NCBI RefSeq assembly: GCF_963506605.1
Contig: NC_083277.1
Coordinates: 9,238,001 to 9,302,000 of the forward strand
Source: Zootoca vivipara
Taxonomy: Eukaryota
Direction: 5' to 3'
Length of the DNA: 64,000 nucleotides
The translations under genes and the position numbers were made by a program. A model generated the notes under the pieces. It was not told where the DNA came from. It ran no database searches and worked only from the letters and a program-made list of their open reading frames with translations. Positions 38,674 through 51,635 of this stretch are shown one piece after another (the first letter of the stretch is position 1; each line of letters starts with the position of its first letter).

Positions 38674-41600
38674 AATGAAGAATCCCTGCAAGGAGCAGTG
38701 GCTGAGATAGGGGGTTGCCATGCCAACCTTGCCAGCCAGACTCCCAACTACCCGATTTCGTACTGCTGTCTAGTCCAGGGAGTGGCAGCCACTGCCTGTC
38801 AGCTTCCTCCTCTTTAGTCTCAGTGTTTCCCTGGAAGAATTCAGCAGGGAAGATGGCAGGACAGAACTAGAATTAATCGGCTCTGCCTGACATTGGCTCT
38901 CTGGCGCCACCTACCGTCAGGCTTCCTGTGTCCCGCCCCACCAGGCTAAACAGTCACCACCCACCACTGCATACAGAGGGGTAACCATCTCAACGTTTGA
39001 AGCTTTGGGCTGGCATAGCAGAGCGCGACCCAAAAGCCCTCTGAACAAATCATACCTCAGCCGCGAGTTCGCTAGTTGGCCTTGGCCAAGCGCCCAGTTT
39101 TAAGAGCCTCGACTTCCCCTTCTAAACACCCGTGTAAAGAATTCTGGGAACTGTAGTTTGTTAAGGGTGATGAGAGACATTAGGGGACACACCCACCCAC
39201 CCCAGCCGCCTATTCCGCTCACGGCGCTCACAATTCCCAGACCGATTTTCATTCCTTCTTCCCAGGGAGTTGTAAATGTAGCATTCTGAGGGAGAATAGA
39301 GGGGATCTCCCAACACTCTTACAGTTCCTGGGGTTCTTTGGGAGAAGCCATGGCTGTTTAAAGTGGTACCATGCTGCTTTAAGTGTATCTTGCAGGTGGG
39401 GCCGCACTGAGATAATATCAGCGGTATGCGCTTTGTATGGCGAGGGAGAATGAACCAGAGTTGGGGGCAGAGAAGTATGGGATGGCTGAGCTGGGGTAGC
39501 ATGGGGGAAATTCGTCAGAGCCCCTCAAAGGAAACTCTGTGTGAATCTTCAAGCCCAGAAGAGGAGCCATCATTGCTGTTACAGCAGACGGAGATTCACA
39601 TCTAGTTCCCAAGATTTGGTCCTATGAGGCAAAGGCGCTAGTCCTCAACGTAAGAATGTGATGTATACGCCTCACTGTTGTTATTCTTTTGTTGGTGATG
39701 TTCTTCTGTTTCCTTGTGTCCAATGCAGTCTTTACTTCTCTTGAGCCCATCTCTTACATTGCTTGATAAAGCTAGTTGGTTTATCTCTAGTTCTTCTCTT
39801 TCTCACTCTGCCCCCTGTTAACAGGGCTGGGATACAAAGAACATGCAGGTTTTATGCTAAATGTCATGGACGTGTGCTTGGAGTGTATCTGACACACAGA
39901 CAACTTTCTTCTTAGGATCAGGACCAAGGAGAATCTGCTGGTATATTTTTTAGTTGAACTCATATTTGCACAGCACTGATTGGCCAGTCCTGAATTGGCC
40001 AGTCCTTGTGTCAGTCCTGAATTTTCAGAGTTGGGCTGTTGCACAGCATTGACTGTCACTCATGAAACAACGAACCCTCCCTTACTGGAACAGACTTAAA
40101 ATCTGCTCATTTAATCTGGGAGAATTATTATTATTATTATTCAATCAAAACATTTCCAGTCAACTGGTCTAACCATTGGATGAACTTAATGTTGCAGCCC
40201 TAACTGAAACACACACAAACATTAAATAAAACAGACTACATATTATTAAAATGTTTTAAAACAATCAAAAACAAAAGTGATCTCTGCAGCAAGGCAAATG
40301 GATTACAGAAATGTAACACAGTGGATTAGCAAGTGAATGTAGCAAGTGGATTACAGAAATGTAACACAGGCAGGAATTCAACAGGTGCAGCAATGGGTGT
40401 AAGCTTGCCCTTTTAATTTCTGCATACTGTGGTGCCCCTGTTAAGAGTTAGCTAGGGATATTAATACTACCTGCCAGGTTTCAATATAAACTTCCTTGAC
40501 TGTGGAGAATCGGAACAAGAGATTTGGTACAGCTTGACGTATCTGAAATGAGAGCTGAGCGAAAGGAGGCTCGTAATGCCCACCTCAAATAAGAGATGAG
40601 CATCAGAATGCCAAATTCTTCTCTGGCTGAGATTTAAAATCTGTGCCGGAGAATAATTTCAAGATTAACTTGCCCTCCAGCTATGCAACACACCCACCCA
40701 CCCTGCATGGCAGCTCTGAAGGGAAGGGATGTAGCTCAAGGAAGGCCTGCTCTGGACGCAGAAAATCCCAAGTTCAAACACAGGCATCTCCAGTTTAGGT
40801 CTGGGAAGGATTTCTGCTTGAAAACCTGGAGCACTGCTGCCAGTCAGTGTAGACCGTATTGAGCTAGATGGACCAGTGGTCTCACTCCGTATAAGGCAGA
40901 TTACTACAAAGCTTCTATCTCCCCAAGAGTTCCTCTGGAACAGGCACCCCCAAACTGTGGCCCTCCAGATGTTTTGGCCTACAACTCCCATGATCCCAAG
41001 CTAACAGGACCAGTGGTCAGGGAAGATGGGAATTGTAGTCCAAAACATCTGGAGGGCCGAAGTTTGGGGATGCCTGCTCTGGAACCACTCCTAGCCACAC
41101 AAAATGGAAATTTATTACTGACAGGTTTTATGTGGAGAGGAAATTTGGAATGGGGTGTTTGGTACAGGCGCGTGGATGCTTGAATTTGGATTTTCTTGGT
41201 GTTATGGCTCTGAGCCAAGACTGTTCAGAGGCAAAGACCAAAAGCAGCATAGAGAGGGACTTGGTTCCTAGACCTTCGCAGATAGTCCCCCCATCACTGT
41301 AGGATCCTGCACCCCGTCCCCTGGGAACTGCTGCCATCAGCCTCACCCAAGTTGTTGCCCTTCCAAACCTCACCAGCTCCAACTGGCATAGCATGATTTC
41401 CCCAGGTGCCGACACAGCCTCTAGATGTGGGGTTGCGACTCCCATAATCCCCCACTGGGAGTTGTAGTTCAGCAACAACTGGAAGGCCGTGGGCTAGTCC
41501 CCACAGCTACTGATGAGAACATCATGGGCTAAAGGACTGTTATCCATTAATTTACAGCAAGTGTTAAATCGGTTTCATCCACAGATGGGATCTTGACTAA

Positions 41601-41813
41601 AAACGAGGCACTCAACACATCCCACCCAATGGTGGTTTCCCAAATTGTGGCTGGGTTTGGCGGCGTGCTTTTTAAGAGACCCAGGTTCAAATCCCCACCC
41701 CTCCCTCAGCTATGAAGCTCACTTGGTGGCGTTTTTTGAGGTAAAAGTCAGCCTCATCTACCTCAAAGGATTGTTGGAAGGATAAAATGGTGGGGGAAAC
41801 GGAGCCTTTAAAT

Positions 41814-42318
41814 CAGAGCTTTCCAAACGGTGTGTCGTCTGAAATGTGAAGGTCTGTCACGGGAATGCTCCCGGGGGCTAGAAAAGGGTTAGTTTAACCC
41901 AGGGGGTTCCCAAGCTAAGACCCGGGGGCCGGATGCGGTCCAATTGCCTTCTCAATCCAGCCCGTGGATGGTCCGGGAATCAACATGTTTTTACACGAGT
42001 AGAATTGAGTCCTATTATTTAAAATGCATCTCTCGGTTATTTGTGGGCCTGCCTGGTGTTTTTACATGAGTAGAATGTGTCCTTTTATTTAAAATGCATC
42101 TCTGGGTTATTTGTGGGGCATATGAATTAGTTCATTATTATTTTTTCCAATATAGTCCGGCCCCCCACAAGGTCGGAGGGACAGTGGACCGGCCCCCTGT
42201 TGAAAAAGTTTGCTGACCCCTGGAACCTCTGGTTTGCCAGTAAAACTGAATTGCTGTGTCAAAAAATAATGCATGTCTAAAAAGTGTGTCACCAACATGA
42301 AAAGTTTTGAAAGCTCTG
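41814..42318. mobile_element. hAT MITE with a second hAT MITE nested at 41900-42222
   Basis: CAGAGCTTTC TIRs; 8 bp TSD CTTTAAAT. Confidence 0.85.
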
Positions 42319-45300
42319 CTTTAAATTCTTTGGGAAAAGAAGTCTATAAACAGATTTATTCCAAGTTGGGGTGTTTGTGTGTGTGTGTACATCTTATCTA
42401 CATAGACCAAGAGTATTGACTTAACCTAAGTACCAGTAATATATATTTTTTAACCATTAGGACAGGGAAGCCCCCTCCAGATGGAGCTCCGACACCCATC
42501 AGACACAGCCAGAAAGGTTAGGGATGCTGAGAGTTGTAGTCCAAGGGTGTGGCAAGACAACCAGCGTGGAAACATCCTGCTTTTGCAAAGATCATTTTAT
42601 TCAGCTTAAGAAATAAGGCAGAAACGATACTCAAAACAAAGCATATTTGTATTCAAAGCAAAGCTAGAGATGAAGAGAGAGAGAAAGCGAACAATACCAT
42701 TTTATAAAATAAAACAAAAATCAGCAAAAAGGGATTAAAAAGAGCTACACACAGGCAGTCGGTTTGTTTGTTAGGACTGTTCAGTAACACCTCCCCTTTC
42801 TTGCTAGTAGCGTGCCAATTTTTCGGGGGAAATTCATGGCCTTAAATAAACCCTAGACTGCAACACAGTAACCTGTGGCCCTCCAAACATGGACTACAAC
42901 TCCCATTATTCCTGACCATTTTCCATGCAGGCTGGGGATGGGAACTGAGAGTTCAAAAACATACTGAAGGCTATAAGCTCCTGTGTCTTGTGTACACCAG
43001 TGAAGATTCTGGTGGTGTAGATATAGATCAGGGCTGGGGATCCTGTGGCACTCCAGAGGTTGTGGGACTACAAATCCCATCAACCTCCAACCCATGGTGG
43101 CTGCAGGGTTGATGGGAGTTGGAGCCGAACATCCTCCAGAGGGTCACAGCTTCACCTCCTATATTGCTGGCAGGAATGAAATGTGTGATTCTTCCTTCTG
43201 CGGTTATTTTTTTTTAAGTAACCACACAACTTTTAGACAGCAGATTCCTGTATTTGGGATCTAGCACAGCGGTAAAGGGTCCCCATCAGATGCCACACTC
43301 CGAAGAGGCCTTTCCTGAATACCGGCATAGATTCTCCAGAGTTATGCGTTTATCTGAAATAAGTGACAGAAACCTCACACGCAGAGATTTGAAAGTGCAG
43401 CTGTGCTTTTCTCCCTCTTTATAATCTTTTTCCAGGATCTGAAGCCCGTGGGTGCCAGACTTCTAAATCCACTCTTCTCCCTGGCTTGAAAGCTCGTCAC
43501 GTAAAGGGAGAATCCGACAGTGTTTTCTACTTTCAAACGAGGCATCTGGGCCATGAGATAATGGTACCCACATCTGAAAAAGGGACTACTTCTGAACCAA
43601 GTCAATCTAAGTCAAGATTTGTTGAACCGGTGGTAGAGAGGAAAGTATCGCTCAAGATCCCCATCCCTAGTTGAGAAGCTCAGGAGTGGGGTGAAGGGGG
43701 TGGGAATGACCTTGTGAGGCCTTTAGGGCCTTCTAAGGCCAAGATGAGGAAATGGTAGCCTGCCACATGCTGCTGGACTACAATTCCTGGGTCACCTTTG
43801 AGGGGGCTGATGGGAGATGCAGTTCATCAACATCTGGAGGGCCAAAGGTTGCCTCAGGAAGCACAGCAATGGTCAGGGATGACCGGAGTCCAACAAGATT
43901 TGGAGGGAATCAGGTTGGGGAAGGTTACTGAGGAGAATTATTTGCTGGAGAAACTTTTTTTGTCCCTTTCACAGAAACTCCCATGATTCTTTGGGCTCGT
44001 GCCCAATTGTCTAAAACCGGTGTGAGGAACTACAACTCCCACTGCTCCAGTAAGCATGGCCAGTAGTCAGGGAATTGTAGTTCAGCAACACCCAAAGGTT
44101 CCCTGAACCTGGTACGAGGTGTTGACAGTCTCCAGAGGCAGAAACGGCAAAAAACGGTTGTCCTCCCGGGTGTTGCTGGGCTACAACTGCCATCATGCCC
44201 AGATGCTGTGTGGGCTGGTGTTGATGGGAGATGGAGCCTAACACCATATTTGAGGCCAGAGGTTCCCCATCTCTGCTCTAAGGCCTTGTCTCCACAAAGA
44301 ACGGAATGAGGTGGCAGAGTCCTGAAGTGTAAAATGGGGCTGTAACTTCTACTGAGCCGCATTTTAAAAAATGATTACTCACTTAACAAACTCCCTTGCA
44401 AGGAGTGGTCTGGGCTAGACTCTTTCCGCCTTATCTGCTAGCTTTCTCCTTTCAACCAAACATATCTGTGTGATTCAAAAGGGGCGGGGTGGTGCCAGAC
44501 CCTTTTCTGGATTCTATCACCGCATCCTGCTCCATCTTTAAACCAAAGTCCAATCCTGTGTCCATTCCAGCAGTTAGGAGATGTTTGAAAAAAGTATGTG
44601 ATAAAACAAAATCAGATGCCCCAGCAAAAAGCCCACCCTCAGCGTGACAAAGAGGAGACAGTTCACAGATGTACATATATAAAAATAAATAATATCACAT
44701 ACACTGCTAGTTGAGACTGCTACCCAAGCCAGGTGCTAAACAAGACAAAAAATTGAATTCATTTCCCACAATCAAAACGTGATTCATCTAAAAAAGAAAG
44801 CCAGATCTGCTTCTATTCCTGGTCCATTCCTATTATGCTGCCACGGTTCCAACCCATTTCTCAGCATAAAATGGCCGGCATGGATTCGAATCCTTTGCCA
44901 TGTGCCAACACATGGACCGGCACCTCAGCCGGCTCAGATTGCCGGTCAGTGCTATTCCCATTCTGCCACCCCAGCTTGGATCCCCCTTGTCCTGATGGGC
45001 AGTTCTTCATAAACTTATTCTGTGGAAATCAAAGCCCAGGCGAAATTCATTTGCCAAATCCAAGCAACGTTGCAGTCCGTTTAAGGCTTGACAGCGAGGG
45101 GGTTATCTGGGCCAAGCCACAGCATGAATCAATGTCAAAATGGCTGCCCAATTCCCAGGCCAAACCCTCCTCTTCCTCCTCACCAGATAAAATTAGGCAA
45201 GGATTGAGGGGGGAGACAAATGGGGTAGGCCTCAAACCACGTCACCATCCCTCTTATACACAATCTTCTCCCCCCCCCCATGCTTTCCTTGCTCAGTGGT

Positions 45301-45715
45301 CTGGAAATGTCCATTGTTTTGCCACAAGGAGAGAACCGTTAGGCATACGGGCCTGTTCTTGCCAGGCAAAGGCCTTTTCCTGCTTCCTTGGAGACTGATG
45401 GAGAACATGGTGTGGTGTTGCTAGGCAGCAGCCTCACAGCTCTATAGCTCCTCTTCCTCAGGAAGCCCAACATGGAGAAGGGTGAGCCGTAGGGCCAGAA
45501 AAAAGAGGAGGAAAGAGAAGGAAGCAGTTAGCCCAAAATGGAGGGGAGGGCCGCCCCATCCTTTTCACAGCTATGTTTGGAAAAGGCCCATCGGCTCTTC
45601 CTTCACTGACCAGACAAGACTTCACCCTCAGCTGTGGCACAGATCTTTGCTGCCATCCTTTCAGCTGAAAAAGGGTGCAAGAGGTCACCGGCCAAAAGGA
45701 AAGGAAAAACGCTTC

Positions 45716-47124
45716 TCACATCTTAGCCTCACTTCCGTCCTCTCCTTCTCCTTCTCCTTCTCCCACCTCTAGGTAGGCCTCTCCGGAGGCTTGTGTGAGG
45801 TCGGCCATCAGGCCCAGGTTGACGCACTCGGGGCATTTCTCCGGGCTCTCGGCGGCCGATGAGAAGATCTTCCCGCAGTCAGCGCATATGAAAGAGTTCA
45901 CGCCCAGGTGGCAGCGCTGGTGTCTGATGAGGGCCGCCTTGGCCTTGAAGCAGCTCCCGCACTCAGGGCAGACGTAGGGCTTCTCGCTGGTGTGCGTCCG
46001 CTCGTGGGCGATGAGCTGGGAGCTCTCACGGAAACACTTCCCGCAGCCGAGGCACATGTAGGGCTTCTCGCCGGTGTGGGAGCGCTCGTGCGCCACCAGG
46101 CTGGAGCGCTGGATGAAGCCCTTGCCGCACTGCAGGCAGATGTAGGGCTTCTCCCCGGTGTGGGTCCGCTCGTGCTTGCTGAGGCTGGAGCGCACGCTGA
46201 AGCTCTTCTCGCAGTAGAGGCACTGGTAGGGCTTCTCGCCGGTGTGCGTCCGCTCGTGGGCGATGAGCTCCGAGGTCCAGTTGAAGCCCTTGCCGCACTC
46301 CAGGCACTTGTGGGGCTTCTCGCCCGTGTGGGTCCGGATGTGGGCCATGAGGTGCGAGTTCTGGCTGAAGCTCTTCCCGCACTCGGAGCAGGTGTAGGGC
46401 TTCTCTCCGGTGTGGATGCTCTGGTGGCGGATGAGGTCGGCGCTCAGGCTGAAGCCCTTGCCGCACTCCAGGCACTTGTAGGGCTTCTCCCCCCGATGGC
46501 TCTTCTCGTGCAGGACCAGCGTCGCCTTCTGGCTGAAGCTCTTCCCGCACTCGAGGCAGGTGTACGGCTTCTCCCCGGTGTGGCTGCGCTCGTGGATGAT
46601 GAGGCTGGAGCGCTGGTTGTAGCTCTTCTCGCACAGGAGGCACTTGTAGGGCTTCTCCCCAGTGTGGGTCCGCTCGTGCAGCTGCAGGTGGGAGCTCTGG
46701 CTGAAGCGCTTGTCGCAGTGGGAGCACTTGAAGGGCTTCTCCCCCGTGTGCGTCCGCCCGTGCGTGTTCAGCGTCGAGCGCTTGCCGAAGCTCTTCCCGC
46801 ACTCGTTGCACTTGTAGGGCTTCTCGGCCGGGGGCGGCTTCTCGGCGCCCGGGCTCGCCACCCCAAAGCCCTTCGAGACCTCCGGGCCTTTCTTCTGCAG
46901 GAAGCTCTGCTGCACGGCGAACTCGCTGAAGTCGAAGAAGCCCCTGCCGAAAGGGATGGAAATTGGTCCCCGGCTGTCCAGAGAGTGGCCCTCGGATGCT
47001 CCGGCCTGGCCTTCCCCCCGGGGGAAGCTGACCTCGTCTCCCCCCCACATCATCCGGTTCAGCTGCAGCCGCTCCGAGCTCCCCAGAGAAGGCTCCCCTT
47101 CCTTGCTGTGGCCTAACCAGCCGG
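45716..47124 (-). CDS. Gene E zinc-finger exon: 11 C2H2 fingers plus a terminal CxxC-x13-CxxC
   Basis: ORF 45716-47053 extends in frame to the acceptor ttcttgcag|CC (phase 1). Confidence 0.92.
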
Positions 47125-47367
47125 CTGCAAGAACGAGAGTGTCAAGACAGGAAGAGAATTCATCAAAAGGAGCAGCAGAAGAAGATTTGGCTAAGCAAAG
47201 GTTGATATTATGCAGGCACCATTTGGAAGCAAGGTTCTAGTCCTCATGGGTTGTATTTCAGACCCACTGAAATTAACTAAAGCGGCTAAGTATTAGGTCC
47301 ACTCATTTCAGCAGATCTACTCCAGCTGCAAAGATAGAACTGAAATCAAGCCGGCAACTTACATTAA

Positions 47368-47510
47368 GATACATTGGCATCTGAAGAAGTGTGCATGCAC
47401 ACGAAAGCTCATACCAAAATAAAAACTTAGTTGGTCTTTAAGGTGCTACTGAAGGAATTTTTTTTATTTTACTTCGACCCAGACCAACACGGCTACCTAC
47501 CTGTAACCAG
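47368..47510 (+). mobile_element. Penelope-like element fragment containing a minimal hammerhead motif
   Basis: 12 bp direct repeat AACTTACATTAA on both sides; CTGAAGA-A-stem-GAAA core. Confidence 0.65.
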
Positions 47511-47649
47511 AACTTACATTAAATTACCTAGTGGCAGCCAGTCCATTAGGCTACTCCATCGCCTCTGCTGAGGAAGCCTGACTGCATTTGGCCATCCTTG
47601 AACTGACATCAACTAGCAGCCAATCCATCAGGCTACCTGAACTCTCGCT

Positions 47650-47938
47650 CAGCCCGGACACTGAGGTCCAGCTCCGAGGGCCTTCTGGCGGTTCCCTCTG
47701 GCCTTCTGGCGGTTCCCTCCCTGTGAGAAGTGAGGCTACAGGGAACTAAGCAGAGGGCGTTTTCGGTAGTGGCACCCACCCCATGGATGTCAAGGAGATA
47801 AACAACTATCTGACTTTTAGAAGACATCTGAAGGCAGCCCTGTTTAGGCAAGTTTTTAATGTTTGATGTTTTATCGTGTTTTTAATATTCTGTTGGGATC
47901 CACCCAGAATGGCTGGGGAAACCCAGCTGGATGGGTGG

Positions 47939-47991
<53 letters not shown>
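47650..47991 (+). mobile_element. L2 LINE 3' fragment
   Basis: Same family, with an (AAT)n tail. Confidence 0.8.
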
Positions 47992-47992
<1 letters not shown>

Positions 47993-48341
47993 CCATCTGA
48001 GTCAGTCATTATAAGAACTGCAACTTCAAGGAACGGGTGCAGTTGCTTTTTTCCTCCCCCCCCCTCACTTTTTCCACATGCATTGTGTCTTTCGGATTGG
48101 ACATCTTTTCAAGTTACTCTTGAGCATTTTCAACCTAAGAGGGGGGCAAAAATGCTTCAAATAAAAGAGGGTTAGAAGCAAACTAGGCAGCTCACTGCAA
48201 AGAGAGATCTAAGCAGGTAAGGGGCATGCATTTAAAGGGCACCCGCCCTGGGATCTGTTGTTTCCCCTTCAGAGCTAAAAAATCCCCAAACCCTTAACAA
48301 ACAAATGTCTGTCTGCCCAACGCTGAGTGGAAGATGCAGAC

Positions 48342-48448
48342 CTTTGAGTCTCAGCATCATCTCCTGGAAGGCAGGGCTGTTCTGACACAGATCACCGTAT
48401 TTCTGTTTCAGCTCCTCAAGTCTCTGCACCAGCGTGTCCTCTTCTTCC
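48342..48448 (-). CDS. Gene E putative exon 5 (coiled-coil-like EEEDTLVQRLEELKQKYGDLCQNSPAFQEMMLRLK)
   Basis: cctcag|G...AAA G|gtctgc; phase 2 to 1; donor is weak. Confidence 0.5.
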
Positions 48449-49187
48449 CTGAGGATTATGAGGCAGTGGGAGAGAGGAGTGGGGGAATAGGTAAACAGGA
48501 AATGAACCATGTAGATAGCTTTATGTTTGAACAGCAAAAAAGACTCTACATTAACTGAAAGCCTCCTAAATGCACAAAAGGTCCTGGGTTCGTATCCCTG
48601 TCAAGACCTTCAGCACAAAATACCACAGTGAAGTGTTTTATTTTTACCATTCCTTGCAGGAAGGATGGGCAACAGGGGTAAGGCTGCCTAGCCAGCAATG
48701 GCCAGAGATGATGGCCAGAGATTCCAGCAACATCTGGAAGGTTGTAGGTCATTCTTATCTTACGACTCGGCCCTGATTTCCCAAGCCCCAACACCCTATG
48801 CTGGCTCTTAATGGACATGGCTATTGTAGGGTCATTAATTTCACTTCCCAGGATTCTTTGGGGGGAAGCCATGGCTGTTTAAATTGGCACAATACTCCTT
48901 TAAACCAGGCATCCCCAAACTGCGGCCCTCCAGATGTTTTGGCCTACAACTCCCATGATCCCTAGCTAACAGGACCAGTGGTTGGGGAAGATGGGAATTG
49001 TAGTCCAAAATATCTGGAGCGCCGAAGTTTGGGGATGCTTGCCTTTGAATGTATGGTACGGATGGGGCGTCAGATCTACACAAGTATGACGGTTCCCACC
49101 CCCACCTCTGGGATAAAGGCCCTAAAGCAGGCAGATTCTTACCTGATTTCAATGCTTCCCGAATCCTACAAGGGAAGGGTGTTGGTG

Positions 49188-49190
<3 letters not shown>

Positions 49191-49250
<60 letters not shown>
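49191..49250. repeat. (GA)n microsatellite; also (GATA)n at ~32649-32686 and (TTTA)n at ~35891-35943
   Basis: Direct inspection. Confidence 0.95.
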
Positions 49251-49256
<6 letters not shown>

Positions 49257-49765
49257 AGAGAAAGGCACAAACCATGAGCTGTACAGGGAAAAATTGTTCA
49301 CTTTCTTACAAAAAATGAGAGCCCAGCAAGAGCAACAGGCAGCAAGTTGCTGGCATCTGTCCCAAGGGGCAATGGAGCGCACCTCCAGGGATGAAGTCAA
49401 ACTGCAGTACCAAAGTGACCTTCCCGGGGCGCAAGCCTGTACAGAGGTCCGGGGTGAAATTTTTAGATTGTTCTCTTGCACTTGTTTTTAATGTCCATTT
49501 GGAAAAAGGAGCTAATAAAAATGGACAGCAGCTGTGGAACTCACTGACAGTAGACCAGGCATCCCCAAACTGCGGCCCTCCAGATGTTTTGGCCTACAAC
49601 TCCCATGATCCCTAGCTAACAGGACCAGTGGTCGGGGAAGATGGGAATTGTAGTCCAAAACATCTGGAGGGCCGAAGTTTGGGGATGCCTGCACTAGACA
49701 GTAACTGGACAGTTACTGCAATGGTAACACATTTTCTCTCTCCTTTTTTAAATATATAGATAATA

Positions 49766-50053
49766 CAGTGGTACCTTGACTTACGAACGACAACCGAATT
49801 TTTCGACTTACGAATGGGGGTAATGGCCGCGCGCTTACGAATGTCTCGACATCCGGAAAAAAAATGTGGCGGTTTTAGATAGGGATTTTTCGACTTACGA
49901 ATTTTTAGATAGGGTTGCTTCGACTTACGAATTTTTCAGTTTCCGATTTCCTATGGGAAATCCCGTTTCCAATGGCGTTTTTCTACTTACGAATTTTTCG
50001 ACTTGCGAAGGTGCCTTCGGAATGGATTAAATTCGTAAGTCGAGGCACCACTG
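49766..50053. mobile_element. Tigger-type MITE
   Basis: TIR CAGTGGT.CCT.GACTTACGAA, TA flanks, internal CGACTTACGAA repeats. Confidence 0.88.
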
Positions 50054-50861
50054 TAAATATATAGATATTAGAGAGGTTGAGAAAGTGCCAGGGCACAAAA
50101 TGGCAACCATGGTGGCGTGGCGTAACACTGATGAGCAAAAAAATAGAATCAGGACCACAAGATGATATGGGCATGCCCCCCAATCAATGGGGGAAGAGGC
50201 ACCCACATCAACCCCTGCCAGTCACAGGGAGAAGCTCTTTGCACCTCTCCCCTGTTCAGCGCAGAAGGGAAGGAAGGAGCCCAGTCCTCTCATCCAATGA
50301 AATGTGGGCATGGTTAAGAGGGAGTTTTTAATTTAGGAGAAGCTGAGGCAGTGCAGACAGGAATTCGGCAAGAAGAGCAAAGGGTCTCCTGTACATTGTG
50401 GACTTTTCTGGGGATATTTACGAAGGCAGGTGCCACTGCTGGAGGTACTGGCAGGCATGCTGGCATCCTTGGGCAGTATGCTGGCAATCCCTGTAGCTTT
50501 GGGTCAATAAGGAACCTGCCCACCCGTGTCAGATCAACTATTGAGTCTGCATACCCTACTGAACTCCACCCCAAAAAAACCTTACCACCATCCCCTCGCT
50601 GCTATTTCCTTCTTCTCCATCCTCTTCCTTCCTTTCTTTCTTCAGGTCCATCACTTCGGAATCCGGCAACACCTTCCAATGAATAAAAATTTCTAAGATC
50701 AACAGAAACCAACGGCCACCACTTCCTCCTTTTGAGGATTTCCTTTTTAAAGAAATATGCAGCTCCAGTGTCTCTCTTCAAGTTTCATCCCAACCTAGCC
50801 ACAAAGTCTACCCACATTTCCAGCCTTAAGGCCCCCCTGATACCACTTCAGCTATGAAATA

Positions 50862-51102
50862 CAGTTGTACCTTGGATCCCGAATGCCATGGTACTCGGAC
50901 GTTGTGGCGCCCAAATGCCGCAAACCCAGAAGCAATTGCTCTGGTTTGTGAATGTTCTTTGGAACCCAAATGTCCGACGGGGCTTCCAATTGGCTGCAGG
51001 AGCTTCATGCAGCCAATCAGAAGCCACGCTTTGGGTTCTGAACGTTTTGGAAGTCAAACGGACTTCCGGAACGGATTCTGTTCGATTTCCAAGTTATGAC
51101 TG
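50862..51102. mobile_element. Tigger-type MITE; partial copy at ~26375-26473
   Basis: CAGT-type TIRs, TA flanks, internal ATTGGCTGCAGGAGCTTC.TGCAGCCAAT palindrome. Confidence 0.8.
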
Positions 51103-51349
51103 TATACGTGTTGGTGCTAACATATAAAACCCTCAAACAGCTCAGGACCACTTTAGTTGGGAGATTGAATGTTTATCCTAAAATTCCCAAAGGCCTCAGA
51201 AGTAACCTGGGACAGGGCTTTTAGCATGGCAACCCCTGTTCTGTGGAATAGCACTCTTGTCGAGACACAACAAGCACCCACTTCCTGGAAGCGATCAAAT
51301 CTCATTTTGGTTCCAACGGTCCTTCCCAGCTGGCTAAATGCGTCTTCAC

Positions 51350-51444
51350 CATGAGCAGTCATTTGTTAGGGCTTTAGTCCTTGTTTTAAAAGCACTCGTT
51401 TTCGTTGTTTTATTCTTCTCTTCCGCGCAAATGGCCTTGGGATG
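51350..51444 (-). CDS. Gene E putative exon 4 (HPKAICAEEKNKTTK...)
   Basis: aaccag|CAT...TG|gtgaag; phase 0 to 2; only one frame is open. Confidence 0.4.
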
Positions 51445-51635
51445 CTGGTTTAGCAGGATATTAAAAATCATCAAGCTCATGGCCCATAGCGATGATACGT
51501 GCAGAAGCCTCAACAAGGGTTGAATATATTGTATCATGGTTTATTCCTGCAACCACTTGCCAATTACCAAGCCCAATTCAAGGCATCAACACGGACAAAC
51601 AAAATTCCCAAACTCCCTGCCTCATCTCCCTAGAC

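Noticed and set aside
45908-47116. 402 aa antisense ORF and 340 aa alternate-frame ORF over gene E (similar ORFs over A, B, C and D)
   Set aside because: Expected by-product of very high GC3 in repetitive finger codons; no independent coding signal
3760-47124. Assigning mammalian ZSCAN/ZNF symbols
   Set aside because: No fingerprint I can confidently match; probably lineage-specific paralogs
49766-50053. CRISPR-like spaced repeats (CGACTTACGAA)
   Set aside because: Irregular spacing inside a TIR-bounded MITE in eukaryotic DNA; these are transposase-binding repeats
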